A stretch of DNA of 64,000 nt, taken from a virus. Both the position numbers and the translations under genes were made by a program. The stretch covers positions 11,336-75,335 of IMG/VR virus record IMGVR_UViG_3300009168_000004, one strand, 5' to 3'. Positions within the stretch are counted from its first letter, which is position 1. Each line of letters starts with the position of its first letter. The notes under the pieces are model-generated. The model was not told the origin of the DNA and did not search any database. It worked only from the letters and a program-made list of their open reading frames with translations. Below are positions 1 to 7,942 of the stretch, piece by piece.

Positions 1-142
1 TGCTCGGGTCCTTGCTGCACTGCTCCGCCCAGAAGTGGGCCAGCGCCATGTAGCGACGATCCCACTTGTCCTGGTTCAGACGCGGCAGGCGGTAGTCCTC
101 CTCGGGGCCTCCGAGCCCGCTGAGATCGATCTCATCGCCCAT
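1..142 (-). CDS. dCMP deaminase, N-terminal part (runs off the left edge)
   Basis: Not in the ORF track. Manual translation from ATG at 142 gives MGDEIDLSGLGGPEEDYRLPRLNQDKWDRRYMALAHFWAEQCSKDPS, matching the WD.xxM.LA...SKDPST start of dCMP deaminases. Confidence 0.75.
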   Translation of the reverse strand, partial: MGDEIDLSGLGGPEEDYRLPRLNQDKWDRRYMALAHFWAEQCSKDPS

Positions 143-593
143 CGTGGTCACCGACGGGCTTCCCGGCATTCATCTCGTCGTACCACCACGCGATGCGGCG
201 GTTCAGGATCGCCCGCTGGTCCGCGTCCGGGGGCTTCCACCCGGCGGGCTTCACCACGTCGAGCGAGTTCTTCCGCTTGGATCTGTCGTCGTCCCCGCCG
301 GTCGCCCGCTCCTTCGCCATGTTCGCCCTCTGGACGGTGTCCCAGAGCTCGCCCCAGGGCAGCCCCATCATGTGCCCGGTGCCCAAGGCGACGTAGACGA
401 GGTCGAGCAGCGCGTCCGCCGCCTTCTGAAGGCTGCCCTCCTCGACCGCCAGCTTGTACTCCAGCAGCTCCTCCATCATGAAGTCGAACCGGAACTTGCT
501 GTCGCCCTCGCTGAGCAGCTTCGGCGGGCCGGCGTCCGACCGATCGAGCCCGAACTTCCTGTGGAAGGCGCCGACGTCTTCAAACATTCCCAT
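132..593 (-). CDS. MazG-like/all-alpha NTP pyrophosphohydrolase
   Basis: V..FH.KFG, EELLEY, ADALLDLVYVALG and VQRANMAK...DVVKPAGWKPP motifs. Confidence 0.85.
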   Translation of the reverse strand: MGMFEDVGAFHRKFGLDRSDAGPPKLLSEGDSKFRFDFMMEELLEYKLAVEEGSLQKAADALLDLVYVALGTGHMMGLPWGELWDTVQRANMAKERATGGDDDRSKRKNSLDVVKPAGWKPPDADQRAILNRRIAWWYDEMNAGKPVGDHDGR

Positions 594-1437
594 TCTGCTT
601 CTCCTGTGCCAGGTAGGTGTCCATGTCGTTCTTGAAGACGTGGAGCGAGGTCATGTGCATACTGTAGGTCCAGGGCACGATCTCGTTCCACACCTGCGGG
701 TTCAGCCGGCGGCACTGCTCGATGACCCAGAGCAGGAGCCGGACGGCGAGGTAGCAATCGTCGTTGTAGTGCCGGATGAGGTCGCAGGACCTGAGCGGAT
801 ACCAGATCATCGCCCGCTTGTCCCGGACCATGATCTGGTAGCCCAGGGTGCAGACCTTTCGGCCCCCGTCGGACAGCCCCGTGTCCTCCGGGAAGAACAG
901 CGGGATGTAAGCCTGCCTTGTGTGGGGCTCCCGAGCCAGCAGGTCGATCAAATCCTGGAGGTCCCCGTAACCATGGGCGATCCCGTACTTGGGCCGGTTG
1001 TCCACCGCTGGCCATTTGCGAAGCCCGTACTCGCCGGCCGGCGGCTTGGGCAGGACCCCATCGTCGGTCCGACGGGCGAACTTCGGCCAGAGCCGTTCCA
1101 TGTACGTGTGGTTGAAGCGTTCGGTTTTGAACTTCGCTGCCGACAGGCCCCACGGCCACTTCGCCCACTGGGTTCCAGGGTTCAGGGGCTCGCCCCCGAC
1201 GCGCTCGAGGAAGTGGTCGTCGGCCCACGGCCGATTGCAGTTCGTGTCCTGTCGCCAGTGCTCCAAGCCTTCGCCCCCGTGCAGGGGCACGCTCACGTTC
1301 ACGTCCTGGAGCTCGAACGTGTCCGTGTTGACCGGGACGCCCTGCCACCGCTCAGTCTTGACCGGCGGGGCCTTTCTCATCTCCGCCTTCAGCTTCTCCC
1401 TCAGCTCCGTGAACGTCTCCGCTTGCACCGCCAGCAT
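580..1437 (-). CDS. Thymidylate synthase-fold enzyme, probably dCMP-specific (hydroxymethylase-like)
   Basis: TRQAY, catalytic Cys in VCTLGYQ, RSCDLIRHYNDD (Asp at the E. coli Asn177 position) and SLHVF. Confidence 0.8.
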   Translation of the reverse strand: MLAVQAETFTELREKLKAEMRKAPPVKTERWQGVPVNTDTFELQDVNVSVPLHGGEGLEHWRQDTNCNRPWADDHFLERVGGEPLNPGTQWAKWPWGLSAAKFKTERFNHTYMERLWPKFARRTDDGVLPKPPAGEYGLRKWPAVDNRPKYGIAHGYGDLQDLIDLLAREPHTRQAYIPLFFPEDTGLSDGGRKVCTLGYQIMVRDKRAMIWYPLRSCDLIRHYNDDCYLAVRLLLWVIEQCRRLNPQVWNEIVPWTYSMHMTSLHVFKNDMDTYLAQEKQNGNV

Positions 1438-1699
1438 ACTTCTCCGCCTCCATCTTTGCCCTGGCCTCCGGCGTCATCGCGTGGACCAGGAAGTTGCATC
1501 CGTCCTTCTTGATGTCGGTCACCACGCCGCACTTATCACAGGACCCCGTCTCAAAGAAAGTGTTCGCCTCCGACATGGTCAACCGCTGACCGCAGCCGGC
1601 GCAGGAGAACTTCTGGTACACGTCCGCCCCTCGAGCGATCGCATCGTTGGCTGCGATCACGACTTCGTCGAACGGGTGGTTGAGCTTATTCGCTGACAC
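1352..1699 (-). CDS. Small Zn-ribbon protein
   Basis: CAGC...CDKC pairs. The GTG start at 1699 overlaps the end of the upstream MTase gene. Confidence 0.6.
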   Translation of the reverse strand: MSANKLNHPFDEVVIAANDAIARGADVYQKFSCAGCGQRLTMSEANTFFETGSCDKCGVVTDIKKDGCNFLVHAMTPEARAKMEAEKYAGGASGDVHGAEGEAEGGDEKGPAGQD

Positions 1700-3104
1700 T
1701 GGCTGGCTCCGTTGATTGGGGAACTCCCCGGGGAATTTTACGGGGAGTTCTGGGACTTCTTGTGCGAACGCGGGGAGCATCCTCAGTCCTGGCGGCGCGG
1801 GGCGGCGGGGCGATGGGCTTCATCCCGTACTTGTCCACCCGGACGGCGCACCGACGGGAGAGCCAGCAGGCCCCGCAGGCCTTCTTCTGGTCCGTGTAGC
1901 CCACGTTCTGACAGTACCAGGTCTTGGCCTCGTCCACGTGCTCGTTGGGCTGATTGACCCGCTCGCCCGTCGTCTCGAACGGCTCCTTCTTGATGTGCGC
2001 CATGATCTGCTTCGAGACGTACGTGCAGAACTGGATGGGCATGGCCTTGCCGGTCTGCCGGACCATGTGCTGGTTCAGGTCGTGGCTCCACTCCCCGCGG
2101 TCGTTGAGGACGGTTCCGTAGAAGACGAAGTCGTCGGGGAAGCCCTGGATGCGGGCGCGCTCCCGGACGGTGTAGGGCTCGCCCCGGTGGAAGTGGACCG
2201 AGGCGTTGCCGCCGGTCAGGACGTGCGCCGGTCCGTCCCAGTGGCCCTTGAGGAACCCGATCCGCTTGACCATGGGGTTGTCGCCCCGCGCCGCCCGCTC
2301 CTTCTTCGACTCCTCGCTCGGGTGGTACTCCAGGGTGAAGCCGCCCTTCTTGTCGCGGAAGTACTCCTTCACCTCATCCCATGAGTTCTTCTTCCTGTAC
2401 CTGCCGAGGTTCAGGGCGCGGAAGCAGTCCAGCGTCCCGTCGGCCGGATCGTGGTTTGGAAAGTTGCCGCGAGCCCTGGGCTCGGGCAGGTCGCCGATCA
2501 CGTCCTTGACCTTCAGCGAGTGGACGGCCTCGCCGGGGATGAAGGTCCACTTCTCCTTCCGCAGCGCGCCCAGCATGAACATCCGGTCTCGCCCCTTCTG
2601 AACGTTGCCGTAGCCCCAGTTGCTGACCCACTCCGGGAAGAGGTCGTAGTCCGGCAGCAGCTCGTGATACTTCGCCATCGGGAACGCCATGAAGGACTTG
2701 GGCAGGTCGTCCATCACGAAGTACCGGGGCTTGAACTCCGCCACCAGCTCGCAGAAGAGCGGGATGTCTGCGGGGTCGAACATCTTCTCGCGCTGGCCGG
2801 GGTTGGCTCCGGACAGGCGGCTGAAGTTGCCGCACTCCGGGTGGCCGAGGGCGATGTCCGCGTTGCTGAACCTCTGGAACTCCTCCTCGGTCATCGTCGG
2901 CCGGTCGTTCGGGAAGAGCGCACCGGGGTAGTTGACCTCGAAGGTGTTCTGCCCGTGGGCGTCCTTCTCGTGGTAGTACTTCCGCCACTCCACGTTGCCT
3001 TCGATCTTGAACCCGGCTGCTCGGGCTCCGATCAGCATCGATCCGATGCCGCAGGTTATGCCGACGGCCCTGAGCTGGTCATCGGTCTTCGGTCGTCGAG
3101 CCAT
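1686..3104 (-). CDS. Non-canonical C5-cytosine methyltransferase family protein (candidate carboxymethyltransferase)
   Basis: Motif I TCGIGS, motif IV GHPECGNFS, motif VI FVMDDL (normally ENV), motif VIII QKGRDRMF, motif IX TVRERARIQGFPDDF, motif X RQTGKAMP (normally GNA/GNS). C-terminal four-Cys cluster. Confidence 0.85.
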   Translation of the reverse strand: MARRPKTDDQLRAVGITCGIGSMLIGARAAGFKIEGNVEWRKYYHEKDAHGQNTFEVNYPGALFPNDRPTMTEEEFQRFSNADIALGHPECGNFSRLSGANPGQREKMFDPADIPLFCELVAEFKPRYFVMDDLPKSFMAFPMAKYHELLPDYDLFPEWVSNWGYGNVQKGRDRMFMLGALRKEKWTFIPGEAVHSLKVKDVIGDLPEPRARGNFPNHDPADGTLDCFRALNLGRYRKKNSWDEVKEYFRDKKGGFTLEYHPSEESKKERAARGDNPMVKRIGFLKGHWDGPAHVLTGGNASVHFHRGEPYTVRERARIQGFPDDFVFYGTVLNDRGEWSHDLNQHMVRQTGKAMPIQFCTYVSKQIMAHIKKEPFETTGERVNQPNEHVDEAKTWYCQNVGYTDQKKACGACWLSRRCAVRVDKYGMKPIAPPPRAARTEDAPRVRTRSPRTPRKIPRGVPQSTEPASVSE

Positions 3105-3105
3105 G

Positions 3106-4476
3106 TCAATACTGCTCCCCTGTGAAGATCATGACGAGCAGCTTACGATAGTCCTCGGGGGATCTGTCCACCTCCTTTGTCCGCAGGGGGATCTTGGGAG
3201 CTTCTGCGAGCCCCCTCGGCAGGTCTTCGCTGAACATCGCCCGCAGCAGCCCCTTGTCCCGACGGTCGATCCAGGGCACGCCCATCGCCCCCTCGACCAC
3301 GGACCGGGCCAGGAATGGGGACCTCAGCTCGATCGCGTGCCGCATCATCACCCGGTCGAGCCGGGGCAGGTGCCACATGACCATCTCCTGGAAGATGTCG
3401 CTGTACTGAGAGTCGTATCGCATCGCTCGGCCGTAGCCGCCGAAGCACTCGTCGGCCCCGTCCCCGGTCAGGACCACGGGCTCGCTGATCGCGTTGGCCA
3501 GCGCAATCTGGGGGATCAGGGAGCCGAGGTCGACGGGCTCCTGCATGTAGTGCAGGCCCTCCTCCAGGGTTCCGGCCTCCCAGCTAATCACCTTGGCCTC
3601 CGCATCGTTCTCGTTCATCAGGAGCTGCACCCTAGCAAGCTCCTGCGCGTTCGTCAGGTCGGTGGGGTGCTCGACGGGCTGGGCGTAGTAGGGGACGACC
3701 TGGTCGCTGAACCTGCGGGCCAGGGTGTAGACGATCGAGCTGTCGAGCCCGCCCGAGACGAGGCAGGCCACTGGCACGTCGGCCGACAGGACCCGCCGCT
3801 TCGTGGCCTTCACGATCTCCTCCCTGAGGTCGTCGTAGTTGCTGTGCCACTGGGGCTCCAGCTTGTCGACGACCTGCGCGATGACTCGGCCCGACGGGAA
3901 GAGGCGCACGTACTCTCCGGGCAGGACCTTCTTGATCTCGTTGTAGGGCGTCCTCCGCTGGTCCGGGCAGTAGCCCCACTTGATGCAGGCGGACATGTAG
4001 ACCTTGTCGAAGGTCACCGGACCGCGGGACTTCAGAGGGTCCAGCTCGGAGCAGGCGGCGACGATCTTGTCGGCTCGGTAGTAGAGCGGCTTCTGCGCCA
4101 GGTAGTCGACCAGGCAGTGGAGAGACTCCTCGTTGGAGTTCAAGGCGACGATCGACCAGAAGCCGTCGTACTCGGTGAAGCCCATCGGGCCCTGGTCGAT
4201 CCACGTGTCCATCGCGATGGTGCTGTCGCAGTCGGCTCCGGGGAAGCGCTCCCGGAAGTCCAGGATCTCGCCGACGAACCCGACGGACCACCCCTTCCGG
4301 TGCATGGGCTGATCGTTCTCTGGCCCCAGGCCCACGATGGGCAGGCGGACGTGGCCGATCGCCCCCGTCCTGGTCTGGGCGATCCGGGGCTCACGCGTGC
4401 CCCTGTGCTTCATCATCTCCACCGCTGCCGCGATGTCCTCGCCCTTCGCGCCGAGCTCGGCGTACACTCCGCACAT
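3106..4476 (-). CDS. Asparagine synthetase B-like glutamine amidotransferase
   Basis: N-terminal MCG (Ntn Cys), HRG, GHVRLPIVG, PP-loop SGGLDSS, TGDGADECFGGY and ELRSPFL. Confidence 0.92.
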   Translation of the reverse strand: MCGVYAELGAKGEDIAAAVEMMKHRGTREPRIAQTRTGAIGHVRLPIVGLGPENDQPMHRKGWSVGFVGEILDFRERFPGADCDSTIAMDTWIDQGPMGFTEYDGFWSIVALNSNEESLHCLVDYLAQKPLYYRADKIVAACSELDPLKSRGPVTFDKVYMSACIKWGYCPDQRRTPYNEIKKVLPGEYVRLFPSGRVIAQVVDKLEPQWHSNYDDLREEIVKATKRRVLSADVPVACLVSGGLDSSIVYTLARRFSDQVVPYYAQPVEHPTDLTNAQELARVQLLMNENDAEAKVISWEAGTLEEGLHYMQEPVDLGSLIPQIALANAISEPVVLTGDGADECFGGYGRAMRYDSQYSDIFQEMVMWHLPRLDRVMMRHAIELRSPFLARSVVEGAMGVPWIDRRDKGLLRAMFSEDLPRGLAEAPKIPLRTKEVDRSPEDYRKLLVMIFTGEQY

Positions 4477-4499
4477 TGAGTTCTCCTGTGCCTTGAAAC

Positions 4500-4564
4500 A
4501 AAAAAGGGGAGCAGGCCAAGGGGGCTACCACGGCGGGCAGTGCCAGAATGGCGACCTGCTCCCC
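4500..4564 (-). terminator. Terminator-like stem followed by a U-tract, upstream of the AsnB-like gene
   Basis: GGGGAGCAGG (4506-4515) pairs with CCTGCTCCCC (4555-4564) and is followed by T6 on the - strand. The enclosed segment is unusually long (39 nt). Confidence 0.45.
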
Positions 4565-4614
4565 AGTCATTGGGGCGTCAGGGGTTAGCCCAACGTCCTC
4601 CCCTTCCGGGGAGC

Positions 4615-4881
4615 TCAGTCTGTCTTCTTGGCCGGCGGGCTCCGGGGCAGGAGCGGCTTCGCGTCCGGGTTGAAGAGGTTGCGGCCGGAGCCGAACGTGT
4701 AGTCCTCAGCGCTCCGGCTGCGACCTGGCATCCCTGCTGTGCGGCGGACGGGGCGCTGTGGGGGCGGAAGGTCCGTTATGAGGCGTGTGAGCTCCCTCTT
4801 GCTCCTCTGCCGGATCGCGTACAGCGCCAGGACGGCGACGACGAAGACCAGGATTGCGATTGCCCAAGCTATCGTGTTCAT
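4615..4881 (-). CDS. Small membrane-anchored hypothetical protein
   Basis: MNTIAWAIAILVFVVAVLALYAIR hydrophobic N-terminus; ATGA overlap with the upstream gene. Confidence 0.65.
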   Translation of the reverse strand: MNTIAWAIAILVFVVAVLALYAIRQRSKRELTRLITDLPPPQRPVRRTAGMPGRSRSAEDYTFGSGRNLFNPDAKPLLPRSPPAKKTD

Positions 4882-5150
4882 TTGTCTCTCTGTGCTTCTG
4901 GAATGCCGAGGTGTGCGTACCCGGCGATGTCGTCCCAAGTATCCTTCAGGTCCGGGTCGCCCGTGAGCAGGCGGTGGACTTTGTGCGCGATCATCCGGAG
5001 CGAAGCCCTCTGCCCCCGGCTCATCGCCTGCCAGTTCTTGGCCTTCTCCCAGATCTCGATCGTGGCCTCGCTGATCTCCGCTCCGTCGTCCCAGTTGCCG
5101 TGCGTCGACTTCCGCTCTTCTCGAAGTTCCTTCGTCGTGCTCGTAGACAT
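4878..5150 (-). CDS. DUF6378-like phage protein
   Basis: ER.STHG, MIAHKVHRLLTGDP and DTWDDIAGYA motifs. Confidence 0.75.
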   Translation of the reverse strand: MSTSTTKELREERKSTHGNWDDGAEISEATIEIWEKAKNWQAMSRGQRASLRMIAHKVHRLLTGDPDLKDTWDDIAGYAHLGIPEAQRDK

Positions 5151-5593
5151 CAGTATCGTCCTTGGTACAGGTCAAGAAGGAGCAGGCCGACCAGCGCCCG
5201 CACCGTCGGGTCGTTGTAGAGCAGCGTCCGGCCGGAGGTGTGCGGGATCAGCCGCCAGATCACGCCGTCCACGAGCTGTGGGTGTATCAGGACTTTTTCA
5301 ATCTTCCGTGAAAGCCGGTGGTTCAATTCCGCCCTGACCTCATCGCCCAGGACTACGACCGTGGTCCCGACGGGAGCGTGGAGCCGGAGCTCGAAGGGGT
5401 GGTCCAGGATGTTGCGGCGGCGGAACGATCGCTCGTAGTCCACGCTGCTGATGGTCGGGGCCACATCCTTGATCAGCCGCCAGAGCCGCCACCCGGCGGA
5501 CCGGATCGGGGTCGCGCACAAGGCGTCGATCGGGCGATCCGAGTGGGGGTTGGTCAGACCCAGCAGAAGCGGGGAGGTCTTCGGTTTGGCCAT
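5150..5593 (-). CDS. Uracil-DNA glycosylase-like fold protein
   Basis: LLLGLTNP, SAGWRLWRL, VVVLG and IPHTSGRTLLYN resemble UDG-superfamily motifs (HPSG-like). Confidence 0.55.
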   Translation of the reverse strand: MAKPKTSPLLLGLTNPHSDRPIDALCATPIRSAGWRLWRLIKDVAPTISSVDYERSFRRRNILDHPFELRLHAPVGTTVVVLGDEVRAELNHRLSRKIEKVLIHPQLVDGVIWRLIPHTSGRTLLYNDPTVRALVGLLLLDLYQGRY

Positions 5594-5615
5594 GAGCTGC
5601 ACCCTGAACCGAACC

Positions 5616-5895
5616 GCGAACGATGTAAACTACGGGTAGAGCCTTGGTAAGAAGAATGCGGACGGCGCCGGGGCTCGCACTCCCAGCTTCGGGCTTCGCT
5701 CTTGGCACAGGAGCATTCGTCCTGGGCAGGCCGAAACGCACACTGCGGGCGAGAGGAACCAGATGGACTAGTTCCCAGCGCAGCAGCAAAGCCCTACCGC
5801 CAGGTCTGGACATTGGGGTCTAGGGCGAACGATGTAAACCTCGGTTAACCATGCACCCGCAATAGGTTTACATTGTCCGCGTTTCGGCTAAGACT
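5616..5895. promoter_or_regulatory. Divergent control region with three copies of a 15-bp motif containing TTTACA
   Basis: GCGAACGATGTAAAC at 5616-5630 and 5825-5839, with an inverted variant GTTTACATTGTCCGC at 5866-5880. The region lies between divergent transcription units. Confidence 0.65.
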
Positions 5896-5901
5896 GCCCC
5901 G

Positions 5902-6600
5902 ATGGCCAGGAGATGGTTTGCCCCGACGGGCAATAAACCAAAGAGGGCGGAGCACTCACTGCAGTCGAAGGCCGTCGCGGAGCTGACGGTCAAGCTGCGG
6001 CGCGAGGTGTTTCTCACTGCGATCCCGAACGGCGATCATCGTTTGATCCCGGTCGCTGTCCGGCTGAAGGCCGAGGGGGTGAAGCCGGGTGTGGCTGACC
6101 TCATGTTTCTCGCGCCGGGTCCCGAGGTGTCCTTCATCGAGATGAAGGCCGGCCGGGGCAGTCAGTCGGACGAGCAGCTCGGCTTCGAGGCCATGTGCGG
6201 TCGGCTCGGCATCAAGTACGTGGTGTGCCGGTCAGTCGAAGAGGTCCTTGAAACTGTTGGTTCGTGGGGGTATCTGAAGAATGTCCAATCCATTCCTGGA
6301 TCACGCGGAGCGAATAGCTCCAGCGCCAGTCAAGCGAGAGTGGCGGCGCCAGGAGGCAAAGCAGGAGCGCGAAGACCAGAAGCGGTCGCCCGCCATGATC
6401 CTGCTGGAGAAGAAGCAGAAGGAGCAGAACGCGCAGTTGAAGTTGTACCGAGAGTGGAAGCGACTGGTCAGGGACGACATCAAGAAGGCGCACGGCCAGG
6501 ACTTCGCCAACCTCATGCGCATCCTCCGGAACCTGAAGCTGGCCGAAGTCGACGTCCTGGTCCTCTTCGTCGCCGAAGCGCGGTGGCTCCTCGAGTCTGA
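5902..6600 (+). CDS. VRR-NUC domain nuclease
   Basis: EHSLQ, AIPNG, GVKPGVADL, FIEMKAGRG.QSDEQ and VVCRSVEE. The domain ends near 6285; the rest of the ORF overlaps the next gene. Confidence 0.8.
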   Translation: MARRWFAPTGNKPKRAEHSLQSKAVAELTVKLRREVFLTAIPNGDHRLIPVAVRLKAEGVKPGVADLMFLAPGPEVSFIEMKAGRGSQSDEQLGFEAMCGRLGIKYVVCRSVEEVLETVGSWGYLKNVQSIPGSRGANSSSASQARVAAPGGKAGARRPEAVARHDPAGEEAEGAERAVEVVPRVEATGQGRHQEGARPGLRQPHAHPPEPEAGRSRRPGPLRRRSAVAPRV

Positions 6601-6751
6601 CCTGACCACCCGGCTGGCGACCCTCAGCTACATCGACGGGTCGCTGGTCCGATGCAACGTCCGAAACGGCCTGCCCCACTTCGACGACCCGCTGTGGGAC
6701 GAGCCACCCAACGCGTTCTTGAAAATCCGCAAGATGCTGACGGGCGTCTGA
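6281..6751 (+). CDS. Hypothetical protein
   Basis: Genome-typical codon usage; TGATG coupling to the next gene. Confidence 0.7.
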   Translation: MSNPFLDHAERIAPAPVKREWRRQEAKQEREDQKRSPAMILLEKKQKEQNAQLKLYREWKRLVRDDIKKAHGQDFANLMRILRNLKLAEVDVLVLFVAEARWLLESDLTTRLATLSYIDGSLVRCNVRNGLPHFDDPLWDEPPNAFLKIRKMLTGV

Positions 6752-7047
6752 TGCTGACCCGTCGGGACTTCCTCGCCGCGGCCATGACGACGTTCGTGGC
6801 ATCGGCCGCCGCCGGAGCCAGGGAGCCCCTGACCTTCGAGGAGAGGTGGGAGGGGAGCGGAAAGTCCGATCGCCAGAAGTTCGGCGACCGGAAGATTGAG
6901 ATGGAGATTGTCGAGCCGGACAAGCCGTCCGCCCTCGACGATGCGCCGTTCCGGGCGAGCCCGACGGTGCGAAAGCAGCCGACCTTTCGGCGGCGCCGCC
7001 GGCGCTGGCGGAGAAGGCGGCGAAGAGCACAGGAGCAGAAGAAGTGA
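6751..7047 (+). CDS. Small protein with a twin-arginine-like signal and poly-Arg tail
   Basis: MLTRRDFLAAAM at the N-terminus and RRRRRRWRRRRRR near the C-terminus. Confidence 0.6.
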   Translation: MLTRRDFLAAAMTTFVASAAAGAREPLTFEERWEGSGKSDRQKFGDRKIEMEIVEPDKPSALDDAPFRASPTVRKQPTFRRRRRRWRRRRRRAQEQKK

Positions 7048-7523
7048 ACAGCAGACCACACCAGCCTCAGAGGTTCCCCCGCGAGGCAGTACTGATGGAC
7101 AAGCTTGCCCAAGCGATCGATCTCGAACCCGAAGTCCGCCAGGAGCTGCCCCCGGCGGACGCCCCCGAGGCGGTCCGGGCCGGAATGGTCCTGCCTGACT
7201 ACGTCACGCACATGGACGGGGCGACCCGGTCCGGGATGCTCTCGGCTGCCGCCGTCGTCCGGGAGTACGAGGCCACGGCCAAGATGATCGACGAGATGGG
7301 GCAGGAGCTCCGGGCGTCCCAGGACCGGGTCGCTGAGATGATGAGCACCTACGCCGAGGCGTTCAAGAAGCTCCAGGACACGGTCCAGGCCTACCGGGAC
7401 GAGGGCAAGCGGCTGTTCGAGCAGGTCGAGTCCAGCTCCAAGCTGGCCGACCGCGTGTCTGAGACCTGCGACATGCTCCGGCGGGAGCTCGAAGAGGCTG
7501 GCCGCCGCGACGACAACAGTTGA
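7044..7523 (+). CDS. Coiled-coil hypothetical protein
   Basis: Helical heptad-like C-terminal half; start and stop overlap the neighbouring genes. Confidence 0.7.
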   Translation: MNSRPHQPQRFPREAVLMDKLAQAIDLEPEVRQELPPADAPEAVRAGMVLPDYVTHMDGATRSGMLSAAAVVREYEATAKMIDEMGQELRASQDRVAEMMSTYAEAFKKLQDTVQAYRDEGKRLFEQVESSSKLADRVSETCDMLRRELEEAGRRDDNS

Positions 7524-7942
7524 CCACAGGGGAGGACGGCAATATGCCAGCTCAGATCGGACCGAAGAGGAAGAGGCCCAAGGAGCAGACCAAGCAGATC
7601 GACGAGCAGATCGGACTGCGAATAATGCAGCGCCGGAACCAGCTCAAGATGAGCCAGAGCGAACTGGGGGAGTGCCTCGGCATCACGTTCCAGCAGATCC
7701 AGAAGTATGAGCGGGGCCTGAACCGGGTCTCGGCCTCAGCCCTGGTCTTCTTTGCCAAGGCGCTCAACGCCCCCATCGCCCACTTCTACGAGGGCATCGA
7801 GGGCGTGCCCCCGCGGGAGCCCACCGCGATGGACAAGTTCGTCGCCACGCGGGATGGGATCGAGGGGCTGACAGCCCTGTCGAAGATGAAGCCCCCGCTC
7901 CGTCGGGCGTTCATCGACCTGGCCGGACAGGCCGCCAAGTGA
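7520..7942 (+). CDS. XRE-family HTH transcriptional regulator
   Basis: MSQSELGECLGITFQQIQKYERGLNRVSAS, typical of alphaproteobacterial HTH_3 proteins. The true start may be the ATG at 7544. Confidence 0.9.
   Translation: MTTGEDGNMPAQIGPKRKRPKEQTKQIDEQIGLRIMQRRNQLKMSQSELGECLGITFQQIQKYERGLNRVSASALVFFAKALNAPIAHFYEGIEGVPPREPTAMDKFVATRDGIEGLTALSKMKPPLRRAFIDLAGQAAK

Noticed and set aside
3106-4476. AsnB as a simple metabolic gene or a lasso-peptide cyclase
   Set aside because: It keeps the glutaminase domain, has no lasso B protein or precursor nearby, and is coupled to nucleotide-modification genes.
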